A stretch of DNA of 64,000 bases from the NCBI GenBank assembly GCA_963720755.1, contig CAVRGP010000006.1:160001-224000 (forward strand), given 5' to 3'. A model generated the notes under the pieces. The model did not search any database and was not told the DNA's origin. It saw only the letters and a program-made list of their open reading frames with translations. The DNA comes from an uncultured Chloroflexia bacterium (GTDB lineage Bacteria; Chloroflexota; Limnocylindria; Limnocylindrales; CSP1-4). Shown in pieces: positions 45,137 to 55,535 of the stretch (its first letter is position 1; the number at the start of each line of letters is the position of its first letter). A program made the position numbers and the translations under genes.

Positions 45137-48025
45137 ATGAGCCGATCGCGGCTCGTCGGCCGGGTGGATGAGGCTGGCCGTCTACAGCAGGCGCTTCGGT
45201 CTGCCCAACGGCGGCGAGGCGGTCTCGTCCTGGTCGCCGGTGACGCCGGTATCGGGAAGACCGAGCTCATCGAATCCATCGTCAGCCGGTCGGCCGCGAT
45301 CGTGCTGCGTGGGGCCGCCCGTTCCGAGGCCACGCCGCCGCTCGGTCCGCTGATCGCCGCGATCCGGTCGCATCCCGACTGGCCCGGGATCGCGGAGGCC
45401 CTCGATCGCTCCGGGCGGGTGCAGCTCCGTGACCTGATCCCTGAGGCGGCTCCGTCGGATATGTCGGGCACCGAAAGCCACCCGGCGGGCGGGCGACCTC
45501 CCAACGAGATCGCATCCGTCTGTCGGCTGCTCATCGCGATGTCACGAGTCGACCCGCTGACCCTCGTCCTCGACGACCTCCAGTGGGTCGACCACGCATC
45601 GGTCGAACTGTTGATGACGCTCGCTGGTGCGATCGAGCACGAGCATGTCCTCGTCATCGGTGCCTATCGCACGGATGAGCTGGTTCGGTCCAGTCCCATT
45701 CGCCGACTCCGGGTCGGGTTGCGACGGATCGGCCGGTTCACGGAGATCAACCTCAGCGGGCTCGACGGCGATCAGATAGTCGAGCTGTCGAGCGACCTTC
45801 TCGGAGCTTCGCCGGACCGCCTTCTGGCACAGCGGCTCATCGACCAGAGCCAGGGCGTGCCCCTGTATGTCGAAGAACTCGTCGGAGCCCTCCGAACGAC
45901 CGGCGCGGTGACCCTCGTGGACGGCGTCGCGACATTGGCCCGCGACGACCTTCCGATCCCGGATTCGCTTCGCGACAGCGTGCTCGTTCGAATCGATGGA
46001 CTCGCTTCGCGCACGCGCGAAGCGCTCGGCGTGGCCGCCCTCATCGGGGAGCATGCTCCGGAGTCACTCGTCGACGACCTGGTACCGGGAGCCGGCGATT
46101 GGCCTCGCGCCGGGAGGGAGACCGGGATCCTCCGCGGAGCGGTCGGCAACCAGATCGCCTTCCGCCACTCGCTCGTCCGCGAGATCCTCGCGGATGATCT
46201 GCCATCCCCGGAGCGTCGCACCTATCACCGCCGACTCGCATCCATCCTCGCCGAGCGGGCCGGTGATCCGCTGGAGATCGCCGCCCATTGGCTGGCTACC
46301 GATGAGCCGAGTCGGGCGGTCGCATGGCTCGTCGAGGCGGGCGACGGATCGTGTCGCGTCCACGCGTATCGAGACGCGGCGACGGCGTTCCGTCGGGCAC
46401 TCGACGAAGACCGGGGGACGTTGCCGGATCGCGTGACGATCCTCGAGCGGCTGGCCGAGTGCAGTGAACTGGCTGGTGAGCCCGCCGAGGCTGCTCGAAC
46501 CTGGCTGGCTGCTGCGACGATGCGACAAGCGGCGGGCGAGCATGCCGAGTCGGCGCAGGATCAACGGCGCCGCGCTCGAGCGCTCGAGGTCCAGGGGCGC
46601 TGGCAACGGGCGACCGATGCGCGTCTCGCTGCGGCCGACCAGTTCGCCGTGTCTGGTGCCGCTGCCGACGCGGCCATCGAACGTCTCGCCGTCGCGAGTC
46701 ACTTGCGATCGGCGGCGAGTTTCACCGCAGCCCTCGAGGTCCTCGCCCTCGCCCGCCACGACGCCACGGCGGCCGATCGCATCGATCTCGAGATCCGGGT
46801 GGCCGGCCAGGAGGGAAACGTTCTCGCCAGGTTGGGCCAGACGGAGGTCGGCCTGGCGCTTCTGCGCGACGGGTTGGCCCGCGCGCTGGACCACGGTGCC
46901 ACCGAAGCCGCCGCCGAGCTGTATCAACGACTGGCCGACGCGCTCGAGCACGACGGGCAGCGAGTATCGGCACGGGACGCCTACACGGAGGGAGCAGCCT
47001 TTTGCCGAGCAAAGGCGATCGAGGACACCGCGCTCCTGTGCATGGCCTGCATGTCGGTGGTGCTCTGGCAGACCGGCGACTGGCCGGCTGCCGAGCGGGT
47101 CTGCCGCGAGGTCGTCGCCTCGACCGATGCCACACTTCACGCCAGAGCTGTCGCCGAGGGTGTGTTGGGTCTCGTTTCCGCTGTCCGAGGTCGTCCTGGG
47201 CGAGCGCGACCGCATCTCGAGGCGTGCCTGGCGATCGGCCGACGGATCGAACTCGTGGCGATGGAGTTGCTGGCGACCTGGGGTCTGGCGATCACGGATC
47301 GGATCGAGGGCGATGATGCCGCGGCCGAGGAGCGGTGCCGCGACCTGCTGGTGCTCTGGGATCAGACGGAAGAACGCCATTTCGTGGTGCCCGCCCTGCG
47401 CTGGGCGGCCGGCTTTCACGCGCAGCGACGCGATCCGGCATCGGTACGTGCCTGCGCCAGTGCACTCTCCCGGATCGCTGCGCAAACGGGCCAGCGAGAG
47501 GCGGTGGCATCACTCGGCTTCGCGCTTGGCGAGGCGGCCGCCGTCGAGGGCAACCACGCCGGCGCGGTGACCCACCTCGCCCGAGCGCTACAGGCGATCT
47601 CCGACGACGACCTCCCGCTCGAGCGAGCGGAGATCGGGCGACGGTACGGACTCGAGCTCGTCGCCGTGGGCGAACGAGATGAGGGCCTTCGAACGTTGGC
47701 GATCGCAGCACGGACCGCGCGGCGTATCGGCGCGGCACCGCTGGCCGAGACCATCGCGGCCGACGTCGAACGACTTGGGGAATCCATCGAGCGACGCCTC
47801 GGGCGGCGCGAGGCACGGCGGTTGGCCGACGGCGGTCTCACCCAGCGCGAGATCGAAACCCTGCGGCTCGTCGCCGGCGGCATGACGAGCCGCGAGATCG
47901 GCGAGGCGCTGTTCATCAGCACAAGGACCGTGGAGATGCACGTCGGCAGTGCCCTCACGAAGCTTGATTGCCGAACGCGGGCGGAAGCCGTCCAGCGCGT
48001 CGGATCCCTCGGCCTGCTCGCCTGA
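45137..48025 (+). CDS. Large ATP-binding LuxR (LAL) transcriptional regulator
   Basis: LVGR, GDAGIGKT, LVLDDLQWVD, FRH.L.RE, TPR-like helices, LTQREIE..ISTRTVEMHV HTH. Confidence 0.92.
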   Translation: MSRSRLVGRVDEAGRLQQALRSAQRRRGGLVLVAGDAGIGKTELIESIVSRSAAIVLRGAARSEATPPLGPLIAAIRSHPDWPGIAEALDRSGRVQLRDLIPEAAPSDMSGTESHPAGGRPPNEIASVCRLLIAMSRVDPLTLVLDDLQWVDHASVELLMTLAGAIEHEHVLVIGAYRTDELVRSSPIRRLRVGLRRIGRFTEINLSGLDGDQIVELSSDLLGASPDRLLAQRLIDQSQGVPLYVEELVGALRTTGAVTLVDGVATLARDDLPIPDSLRDSVLVRIDGLASRTREALGVAALIGEHAPESLVDDLVPGAGDWPRAGRETGILRGAVGNQIAFRHSLVREILADDLPSPERRTYHRRLASILAERAGDPLEIAAHWLATDEPSRAVAWLVEAGDGSCRVHAYRDAATAFRRALDEDRGTLPDRVTILERLAECSELAGEPAEAARTWLAAATMRQAAGEHAESAQDQRRRARALEVQGRWQRATDARLAAADQFAVSGAAADAAIERLAVASHLRSAASFTAALEVLALARHDATAADRIDLEIRVAGQEGNVLARLGQTEVGLALLRDGLARALDHGATEAAAELYQRLADALEHDGQRVSARDAYTEGAAFCRAKAIEDTALLCMACMSVVLWQTGDWPAAERVCREVVASTDATLHARAVAEGVLGLVSAVRGRPGRARPHLEACLAIGRRIELVAMELLATWGLAITDRIEGDDAAAEERCRDLLVLWDQTEERHFVVPALRWAAGFHAQRRDPASVRACASALSRIAAQTGQREAVASLGFALGEAAAVEGNHAGAVTHLARALQAISDDDLPLERAEIGRRYGLELVAVGERDEGLRTLAIAARTARRIGAAPLAETIAADVERLGESIERRLGRREARRLADGGLTQREIETLRLVAGGMTSREIGEALFISTRTVEMHVGSALTKLDCRTRAEAVQRVGSLGLLA

Positions 48026-48104
48026 CGAGGACCTGACTGGTCGACGGCGCTGCAGGCGGATCCGAGGGCGGCCGGGCCATGCTCGGGATCCGGCCGGTGG
48101 ATCA

Positions 48105-49643
48105 TCATCGGGGAGAGATCGACGGAGCGGCCGTCATCCGCACCGCGTTCCACGAGTACCCGGGTAGTTCGACGGTCAGGCGGCGTCCTGCAACGCTCGC
48201 GCCATCGACCTGGATCGGCACGACCCAGTCCGGGCGCGCGGCCGTGTTCGATGCCCGGAGTTCGTGTGCGCACAGGGCGCGATGCTCATCGACGGTCAGG
48301 CGATCGAAACCGCGGAGATCCGCCTCCAGCATGAGGGGGCGCTCGAGACGGTTCACGGCGAAGACCGTCAGGCCACCGGTCCTGGGATCGTGGATCGCCG
48401 TGGCCTCGATCGCGGGGATCGCCGTGTCCCCGTCAACGACGTACGTGGGGCCATCGAGGGTCACGTCAAGGACCGTCCCGCCCTCGGATCGCGCGACATC
48501 CGCGAATGGGTAGGCGGATGTTTGGAGCCAGGCAGGGCCGCCGTTGATCGTGCGGATCGGGGCGATGACGTTGACCAGCTGGGCCAGGCAGGCGATCCGG
48601 ACCCGATCGGCATGGCGCAGCAGGCTGATCAGCAGGCATCCGACCACGAGGGCGTCAGCCAGGTCTTGCTCGTCTTCAGCCAGCGCCGGAGCGCGGCGGA
48701 ACGGGCCATCGGGATCCACTCGACCCTCGCGTTCCAGGTGCTCGGCCAGGTGCCACACGTTCCATTCGTCCACGCTCAGGCCGATCCGTCGATCGCTGCC
48801 CTTTTGTTCGGCGACGGCGTCGGCGATCGCAGCAACCGTATCGAGCATCTGGTCGAGCTCCCTTGAGCAGGCCAGGAACGCACCGATCGTTTCGTAGGCG
48901 GCCGGATCGTAGTAGCCGTGCACGGACAGGTAGTCGGTCTCGTTCCAGGCGAGATCGAGAACGGTCCGCTCCCACGCACCGAAGGTCGGCATGCCCGCCC
49001 CGGAACTGCCGCACGTGACCAGCTCGATCGAGGGGTCCACCCGTCGCATCGCGGCGCCCGTCTCCGCAGCCAGTCGGCCGTACGCCTCGGCCGTCTTGTG
49101 GCCGATCTGCCAGGGTCCGTCCATCTCGTTGCCCAGGCACCAGGTCCGAACCGCGTAGGGTTGTGGGTGTCCGTTGCGCACGCGACGGTCCGCGTACGGC
49201 GTCCCGACCGGGCCATTCACGTACTCCACGAGGTCCCGTGCGGCCCCCGGCCCCCGCGTGCCGAGGTTCACCACCAACATCGGCTGCGCGTTCGCCTGCC
49301 GTGCCCACTCGATGAAGTCGTCGGTCCCCACAAGGTTGGGCTCGATCGAATGCCAGGCCCGATCCAGCCGCTCCGGCCTCTCCGGTAGCGGGCCGATCCC
49401 GTCCTCCCAGTCGTATCCCGACACGAAGTTGCCGCCCGGATACCGGATCAGCGACACGCCAAGCCGCCGGACGAGACCGAGCACGTCGCCTCGCCATCCG
49501 TCGACATCGGCGGTGGGATGACCGGGCTCGTAGATCCCGCCGTAGATCGCCCGGCCCATGTGTTCGACGAAGGAGCCGAACAGACGCCGGTCGATGACGC
49601 CGACCTGCTCCACCGCATCGATGACCGCGCGCGTATCAGCCAA
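48105..49643 (-). CDS. abfA: Alpha-L-arabinofuranosidase, GH51
   Basis: FGSFVEH.GRAIYGGIY, RYPGGNF, WCLGNEMDGPWQ, DEWNVW, AQLVNVI. Confidence 0.94.
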   Translation of the reverse strand: MADTRAVIDAVEQVGVIDRRLFGSFVEHMGRAIYGGIYEPGHPTADVDGWRGDVLGLVRRLGVSLIRYPGGNFVSGYDWEDGIGPLPERPERLDRAWHSIEPNLVGTDDFIEWARQANAQPMLVVNLGTRGPGAARDLVEYVNGPVGTPYADRRVRNGHPQPYAVRTWCLGNEMDGPWQIGHKTAEAYGRLAAETGAAMRRVDPSIELVTCGSSGAGMPTFGAWERTVLDLAWNETDYLSVHGYYDPAAYETIGAFLACSRELDQMLDTVAAIADAVAEQKGSDRRIGLSVDEWNVWHLAEHLEREGRVDPDGPFRRAPALAEDEQDLADALVVGCLLISLLRHADRVRIACLAQLVNVIAPIRTINGGPAWLQTSAYPFADVARSEGGTVLDVTLDGPTYVVDGDTAIPAIEATAIHDPRTGGLTVFAVNRLERPLMLEADLRGFDRLTVDEHRALCAHELRASNTAARPDWVVPIQVDGASVAGRRLTVELPGYSWNAVRMTAAPSISPR

Positions 49644-51996
49644 TGGCGGTCGTCGTCAGGTAGCGGTGCCGATCAACGAGCTCGACCACCGGTCCGACCA
49701 GGGTCAGGGTCGTCGTCAGCGGCAGATCCGCCGATGAGCTCCCGGCGTAGACCGTGATGGTGCCTGGCTCGATGACCCGCCGGTGATCGACGGCGGTATA
49801 AGCGAGCTGCTCGACCGACACCTGGAATGAGACTGAGCGCGATTCCCCGGGCTCGAGACTGACTCGACCGAACCCGATGAGCTCAAGGACCGGCCGGGCG
49901 ACGCTCGCTTCGATATCACGCACATACACCTGCACGACCTCGTCGCCCCGACGGTCGCCCGTGTTGGTGACCTCGACCGTCGCCACGATCTCTCCGCCGG
50001 CCGTGGCGACCTCGTCCTGATCCAGCCGCAGGCTCGACATCTCGAACGTCGTGTACGAGCGTCCGTATCCGAACGGCCACAGGGGCGTCGTCGGGCCATC
50101 CACGTATGGCCCCTTGGGATTCGATCGCCCGCCGGTGGGGTGGTGACGGTACGAGAGGGGGATCTGGCCGACGTGACGCGGGATCGAGATCGGCAACTTG
50201 CCGCCCGGGTTCTCCGCCCCGACGAGGACGTCGACGATCGCTTCGGGCCCCGCATCGCCGGGCACCCATGCCAGGAGGATGGCTGCGCAGTGCTCGGCGG
50301 CCCAGTCGATCGCCAGGGGACGACCGCTGACCACGATCAGGACGACCGGCGTGCCGGTCGCGACCACGCGTTCGAGCAGCTCCTGCTGACGGCCCATGAA
50401 CCCGAGGCTGTGCCGGTCGCGGAACTCGCCGGTCGTCGAGTCCTCCGTCAGGCCGGATCGCTCGCCGAGGACGACGATCGCGACATCGGCGGCGCGAGCG
50501 ATCCGCACGGCTTCGTCGATGTCGGTGTCGGTTCCGTCCCGGATCCCCGTCCCGGGCGTGTACTCGACCTGCGCTTCGCTGAAACGTCCCCGGATGACAT
50601 CGAGGATCGTCTGCCGCCCGCTCAGCTCGTCGACCGCCAGGACTTCATCGTCGAGCGGGAACCCGAAGGCATTGCCCTGGTGGCGCATCTCGGCAAGCGT
50701 CTCGATGTGGAGCAGGTGGGCGTAGTCCCCGAGCAGGTCGCGAGCGCTGTCGGCGATCGGCCCGATGACCGCGATCGATCCCGCGCCGGCGGCCAACGGA
50801 AGCGTCCCGTCGTTCTCAACGAGGACCATCGATCGTCTGGCCAGCATCCGTGCGATCCGGGCCTCCTCGGCGGCCAGCGTGGCCATCGCGTCCGGGTCGA
50901 GCGCCGGGACATACGGCCGATCGAACAGGCCGAGCCGGAACTTCAGGCGCAGGACCCGTCGGACGGCCGTGTCCACAACGTCCAGGTCGATGCGCCCAGC
51001 GCTCAGTGCCTCGAGCAGCGGGGCGCCGTAGGCGGCGGTCTTCGGTAGCTCACTGTCGACCCCGGCATCGAGGCTGAGCCCGGCCGCCACGCCCAGGTCG
51101 GCGGTCAGGCGGTGCTGGGTGGACAGCATCTGGATGGCGGTGTAGTCGGACACGACGATCCCGTCGAACCCCCAGCGGTCGCGCAGGATCGTGGTCAGCA
51201 ACGCTCGCGAGGCGTGGCACGGCACGCCATCCACCTCGCAGTAGGCCGGCATGATGCTCGCCAGGCCAGCGGTCCGGACCGCAGCCTCGAACGGCAGCAG
51301 CTGCTCGTCCTGCAGCTCGCGCGGCCCGATGTGGACCGGCGCCTGGTTGAGCCCGCCCTCTGCCAGCCCATGCCCGACGAGGTGCTTGCCCGTGGCGACG
51401 ACGCCCTCAGTGAGATCGGATCCCTGGAGGCCTCGGACGTACGCGCAGCCCAGCTCGGTCGCCAGGTATGGGTCTTCGCCGTAGGTCTCCTCGATCCGGC
51501 CCCAGCGCGGGTCACGGGTGACGTCGAGGACCGGACCGAGCGCCTGCCGGGCGCCCGTCGCCAGCATGCGTTTTCGGAGCGTCGCGGCCATCTGCTCGAC
51601 CAGGCCCGGGTCCCAGGCCGCGGCGGCACCGATCGACTGCTGGAACGACGGTGCACTGCGGGCGAGGAGGCCGTGGAGGGTCTCCTCATGGAAGATCGCC
51701 GGGATCCCCAGCCTCGTTTCCTCGACCAGGAAATCCTGGACTTCGTTGGCGGCGGTCGCGACGTCGGGAGCCTCCAGGTTCGTGGCACCGGCGATGCGCG
51801 TGATCTGACCGATGCCCGCGTTGAGGAGCGTCCGTGCCCGGTCGGCGTCGAGGATCCCATCCTTGACGACCTCGAACGACCAGATCGACCCGAGCTGCGC
51901 AGCCTTCTCGTCGACGGTCATTCGAGCCAGCAGGTCCTCGACCCGCGCCTCGATGGGCAATTCTGCCTCCAGGTAGGGAGCCCGCGTCACCGTCAT
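49636..51996 (-). CDS. GH3 beta-xylosidase/beta-glucosidase
   Basis: DPRWGRIEET.GEDP, KHLVG, GFDGIVVSDY, PFGYGRSYTTF, Fn3-like tail. Confidence 0.93.
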   Translation of the reverse strand: MTVTRAPYLEAELPIEARVEDLLARMTVDEKAAQLGSIWSFEVVKDGILDADRARTLLNAGIGQITRIAGATNLEAPDVATAANEVQDFLVEETRLGIPAIFHEETLHGLLARSAPSFQQSIGAAAAWDPGLVEQMAATLRKRMLATGARQALGPVLDVTRDPRWGRIEETYGEDPYLATELGCAYVRGLQGSDLTEGVVATGKHLVGHGLAEGGLNQAPVHIGPRELQDEQLLPFEAAVRTAGLASIMPAYCEVDGVPCHASRALLTTILRDRWGFDGIVVSDYTAIQMLSTQHRLTADLGVAAGLSLDAGVDSELPKTAAYGAPLLEALSAGRIDLDVVDTAVRRVLRLKFRLGLFDRPYVPALDPDAMATLAAEEARIARMLARRSMVLVENDGTLPLAAGAGSIAVIGPIADSARDLLGDYAHLLHIETLAEMRHQGNAFGFPLDDEVLAVDELSGRQTILDVIRGRFSEAQVEYTPGTGIRDGTDTDIDEAVRIARAADVAIVVLGERSGLTEDSTTGEFRDRHSLGFMGRQQELLERVVATGTPVVLIVVSGRPLAIDWAAEHCAAILLAWVPGDAGPEAIVDVLVGAENPGGKLPISIPRHVGQIPLSYRHHPTGGRSNPKGPYVDGPTTPLWPFGYGRSYTTFEMSSLRLDQDEVATAGGEIVATVEVTNTGDRRGDEVVQVYVRDIEASVARPVLELIGFGRVSLEPGESRSVSFQVSVEQLAYTAVDHRRVIEPGTITVYAGSSSADLPLTTTLTLVGPVVELVDRHRYLTTTAIG

Positions 51997-52889
51997 CAGC
52001 CCTTCACCGCTCCCTGCGTGAGGCCACCGACGAGTTGCCGCTCGGCGAAGGCGTAGAACACCACAGCGGGAATGAGCGCCACCACGGTGAACGCCAGGAC
52101 TCGGGCCTGGTCGGAGCTGTACTCGGTCGAGAAGTTCATCACGCCGAGCGGAAGCGTCCACTGGTCCGCCCCGCTGAGCAGGATCAAGGGCAGCATGAAT
52201 GCGTTCCAGGTGGTGACGATGGCGAGGACACTCACCGTCGCCAGGGCCGGCCGCGCCAGCGGAAGCAGCACCCGCCAGAAGAACGCGAACGAGCCGCAGC
52301 CATCGATCCGCGCCGCATCTTCGAGTTCGGTCGGGATGCTCCGGAAGAACGGACGGAGGATCACGACCGTGAGCGGCAGCGCAAACGCTGCCTGCGGCAG
52401 GGCCACCCCCAGGAGATTGCCGTACAGGCCGATGTCGCGGACGAGGATATAGAGCGGCAGGATCGCCACGGCGGACGGGAACAGGAGCCCGAACACGAAC
52501 AGGAGGTACAGCGCCTCCCGGCCCGGAAAGACCAGGCGCGCGAACACGAATGCCGCCAGCGAGGCCAGGCCGACCGTCAGTCCGACCGACACCACCGCGA
52601 TGATGAGGCTGTTGGCAGTCTCCTGCCAGAACGTTCCGGCGTTTTCCCCGAAGAGGACGTCCGTGTAGTTCGTGAGGACCCACGGGTCGGGGAGGACGGT
52701 CCCGGGGTTGGCGGCGATCTGGCCGTTCGTCTTGAACCCGCCGAGCACGGCATATGCGATCGGGATCAGGATCGTGATCGCAACGATGGTAAGGATCCCG
52801 TACCGGGCGATCGTCTCGAGGGTCCTCCGCAGCGGCCGGGAACGCCCCGGGGATGGCGCGGTGTTTCGGGTGGCGGATGCAGCGGTCAT
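51996..52889 (-). CDS. Carbohydrate ABC transporter permease (MalG-like)
   Basis: ELEDAARIDG EAA loop, GLTQGAVKG end. Confidence 0.95.
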   Translation of the reverse strand: MTAASATRNTAPSPGRSRPLRRTLETIARYGILTIVAITILIPIAYAVLGGFKTNGQIAANPGTVLPDPWVLTNYTDVLFGENAGTFWQETANSLIIAVVSVGLTVGLASLAAFVFARLVFPGREALYLLFVFGLLFPSAVAILPLYILVRDIGLYGNLLGVALPQAAFALPLTVVILRPFFRSIPTELEDAARIDGCGSFAFFWRVLLPLARPALATVSVLAIVTTWNAFMLPLILLSGADQWTLPLGVMNFSTEYSSDQARVLAFTVVALIPAVVFYAFAERQLVGGLTQGAVKG

Positions 52890-52893
52890 CGGA

Positions 52894-53826
52894 TCACCCG
52901 TTGTACGCCGTGAGCGCGCCGTCCACGTCGCGGCGCAGCACGAAGCGCTGGTACATGAGCGCGACCACCAGGCCGAACAGGAAGAGCACGACCGCGAGGG
53001 CGCTGCCGTAGCCCATCTGGGTCTTCACGAAGCCGGCCTTGAACATCGCGATGGCCATGGTGTTGGTCGCGTTGAGCGGACCGCCGCCGGTCGTGACCCA
53101 AACCATGTCGAACAGCTGGAGGGCCCCGATCATGGACAGGAAGACGCTGACCCGCAGGGTCGGGCCGAGGAGCGGGAAAGTGACGTACCGGAACACCCGC
53201 CAGTTATCCGCACCATCGATCCGGGCGGCCTCCTCGATCTCGTGAGGGATCCCTTGCAGGCCAGCCAGGAGCAGGATCATGTGGAAGCCGAAGTACTTCC
53301 AGCTGATGATGAAGAACAGGACGAACAACACGATGTTCGTGTCACCCAGCCAGTCCTGGATCAGGCCTTCCAGCCCGACCGAGGTGAGGCCGCTGTCGAC
53401 CAGGGCCTCGGGTCGCAGCATCAACGAGAAGACGATGCCAGCGATGGCCTCCGACAGAACGTACGGCAGGAAGAAGATCAGCCTGAAGACCGCACGACCC
53501 CGGAACCGACGGTTGAGCATCACGGCGAGCGCGAGCGAGAACGGGATCTGGATCGCCAGCGAGAGCACGACGATCATCAGATTGTTCGAGATCGCGGTCG
53601 TGAACGCCTTGTCGTGGAACGCCTTGACGTAGTTGTCGAGTCCGATGAAATCGGTGAGCGGCTCGAGCCCGTTCCAGTCGTAGAGGCTGTAGTGCGCGGC
53701 CTGGACGATGGGCAGCAACACGAACAGGGCGTACAGGGCAAGGGCCGGCAGCAGGAACGCCACGACGGTGGTCGCCTTGCCCGGCAGCCGTGGCCGCGTG
53801 CGAGGCGTGGCGCTGGCTGAGCTCAT
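52894..53826 (-). CDS. Carbohydrate ABC transporter permease (MalF-like)
   Basis: FIGLDNY, EEAARIDGA, TGGGP. Confidence 0.95.
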   Translation of the reverse strand: MSSASATPRTRPRLPGKATTVVAFLLPALALYALFVLLPIVQAAHYSLYDWNGLEPLTDFIGLDNYVKAFHDKAFTTAISNNLMIVVLSLAIQIPFSLALAVMLNRRFRGRAVFRLIFFLPYVLSEAIAGIVFSLMLRPEALVDSGLTSVGLEGLIQDWLGDTNIVLFVLFFIISWKYFGFHMILLLAGLQGIPHEIEEAARIDGADNWRVFRYVTFPLLGPTLRVSVFLSMIGALQLFDMVWVTTGGGPLNATNTMAIAMFKAGFVKTQMGYGSALAVVLFLFGLVVALMYQRFVLRRDVDGALTAYNG

Positions 53827-53851
53827 CGCCGTCCTCCCTTCGCCGATGATG

Positions 53852-53886
53852 ATCGAGCGGGCCGGCCATTGGCCGACCCGCTCGAT
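53852..53886 (-). terminator. Intercistronic stem-loop after the solute-binding protein gene
   Basis: atcgagcggg-ccggcca / tggccga-cccgctcgat inverted repeat; no U-tract, so probably an mRNA-stabilising or attenuating hairpin. Confidence 0.65.
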
Positions 53887-53922
53887 GTTCGGGCCATCAA
53901 GTTGGCCTAAGACGCGGTCTGG

Positions 53923-55257
53923 CTACTCTGCCGCGGCTGCGTCCGTGATCGCCTGGCAGACTTCCTCGGGAGTCGAAGCGCCGAGGAACAGGGCGACGGT
54001 TGCGTCGTTGATCGCCGAACCCATCGCGGGCGACGTCGCCTGATCGAGGTATAGCTGCATGAACTGGGCTGCCCCGCGACCGGCCAACACGGCCTGCAAG
54101 TTGGGATCGGTGACGGCGCTTTCGGTGCCGACCGTCGTGGACAGAGCGATGCCGTCGGTGTTGAGCTTCGTCCCGTTCTCAACACTGTTGAAGAACTTCA
54201 GGAAGTCGATCGCTTCCGGCGGAGCGTCCTTGCCGACCGCGATGCCATTGCCGCCGCCGACACCGTCGGTCGCCGCGCCGGCGCCGCCCTCGATGACCGG
54301 GAACGCGAACCAGCCGAGCTTGTCGCCTAGGCCTTTCTTGTCGGAAGACTGGTCGTTTTGCACCGCCGGCGCCCACTGGCCCATCAGCTCCATGGCCGCT
54401 TTGCCGTTGCCGACCGATGCGGCCTCGGCGTTGTAGTCGGCGGACTTGTAGCCAGCCTGGTACGGATTGAGGGCATTGAGCTTGAGCACTTCGGCGCCCG
54501 CCGCCTTGCACGCGTCGGTGTTCCAGTCGCCGCTCTGGATCATGTCGGCCAGAGCCTGACCGCCGCCTTCGCGGAGGACGAGGTAGGTCCACAGGTGCAT
54601 GGATGGCCACTTGTCCTTGCCGGCGATGGCGAGCGGAGCGACGCCGGACTTCTTGAGCTTGGCGACATCAGCGAGGTACTCGCTCCACGTCGCCGGCGGC
54701 GCGGTGATCCCGGCCGCGGAGAAGAGGTCCTTGTTGTACCAGAACCCGATCATGCCCATGTCCCAGGGCACGCCGTACTGCTTGCCGTTGTAGGCGTAGA
54801 TGCTCAGGGCACCGGGATTGATCGTGTCCTTCCAGGACGCGATATCGGCGGTGATGTCCTTGAGCATGCCGGCGTCGGCCTGCTGGGCCATCGTTCCGCC
54901 GCCCCAGGACTGGAACAGGTCCGGAACGTCACCCGACTGGATCGAGGTGGCGAGTTTCGTCTTGAAGGCCTCGTTCTCGAGGACCGTGACGTTGATCGTC
55001 ACGTTGGGGTTGGCCGCCATGTAGGCGTCCGCGATCGCCTGGAAATCGGGCTTGCCGACTTGATCAGTCGTGATGTGCCACCAATCGAACGACACGGCCT
55101 CTGCCGTGGAGGCGCTTGGGGCCTCGCTGGGCGCGGTTGACGCTGGTGCGGCCGTTGTTGCGGCACTCGGTGCCGTCGTCGCGGCCGTGCTGCCGCATGC
55201 GCCGACGATGATCGCGATGATCGCGACCAACCCGGCAAGTCGCCACTGTCTCGACAC
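53923..55257 (-). CDS. Sugar ABC transporter solute-binding lipoprotein (xylo-oligosaccharide BxlE-like)
   Basis: VGAC lipobox, PDLFQSWGGG, YNKDLF, MELMGQW; AGGAGG before GTG 55257 (alternative ATG 55275). Confidence 0.92.
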   Translation of the reverse strand: MSRQWRLAGLVAIIAIIVGACGSTAATTAPSAATTAAPASTAPSEAPSASTAEAVSFDWWHITTDQVGKPDFQAIADAYMAANPNVTINVTVLENEAFKTKLATSIQSGDVPDLFQSWGGGTMAQQADAGMLKDITADIASWKDTINPGALSIYAYNGKQYGVPWDMGMIGFWYNKDLFSAAGITAPPATWSEYLADVAKLKKSGVAPLAIAGKDKWPSMHLWTYLVLREGGGQALADMIQSGDWNTDACKAAGAEVLKLNALNPYQAGYKSADYNAEAASVGNGKAAMELMGQWAPAVQNDQSSDKKGLGDKLGWFAFPVIEGGAGAATDGVGGGNGIAVGKDAPPEAIDFLKFFNSVENGTKLNTDGIALSTTVGTESAVTDPNLQAVLAGRGAAQFMQLYLDQATSPAMGSAINDATVALFLGASTPEEVCQAITDAAAAE

Positions 55258-55374
55258 GATCGAACCTCCTGTCATGCCCAACTCCTCCGAGTGATCTACC
55301 CGATCTTGGGCCGAGGGCTCCCTGGCAGTCTCCCTATCTGCATCGTCGCCGTGCGACCTGTGCCGTCGAGCAAA

Positions 55375-55523
55375 TTCCGAAAGTATCGGAAACATTGCCG
55401 ACAAGTGTCGGAGCGAACACTAAGCCGCGATCGGAGTCCCCGTCAATCTTTTTCGCGACGGATATCGCGGCACGGGGCTCGCCCAAGCGGGGAATCGGTG
55501 TATACGAAGACGGAAACTTTCGG
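55375..55523. promoter_or_regulatory. Two LacI-type operators in the divergent SBP/LacI promoter
   Basis: TTCCGAAAGTATCGGAA (55375-55391) and CGGAAACTTTCGG (55511-55523), the latter abutting the LacI -10 TATCGT. Confidence 0.7.
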
Positions 55524-55535
55524 TATCGTTACCGG

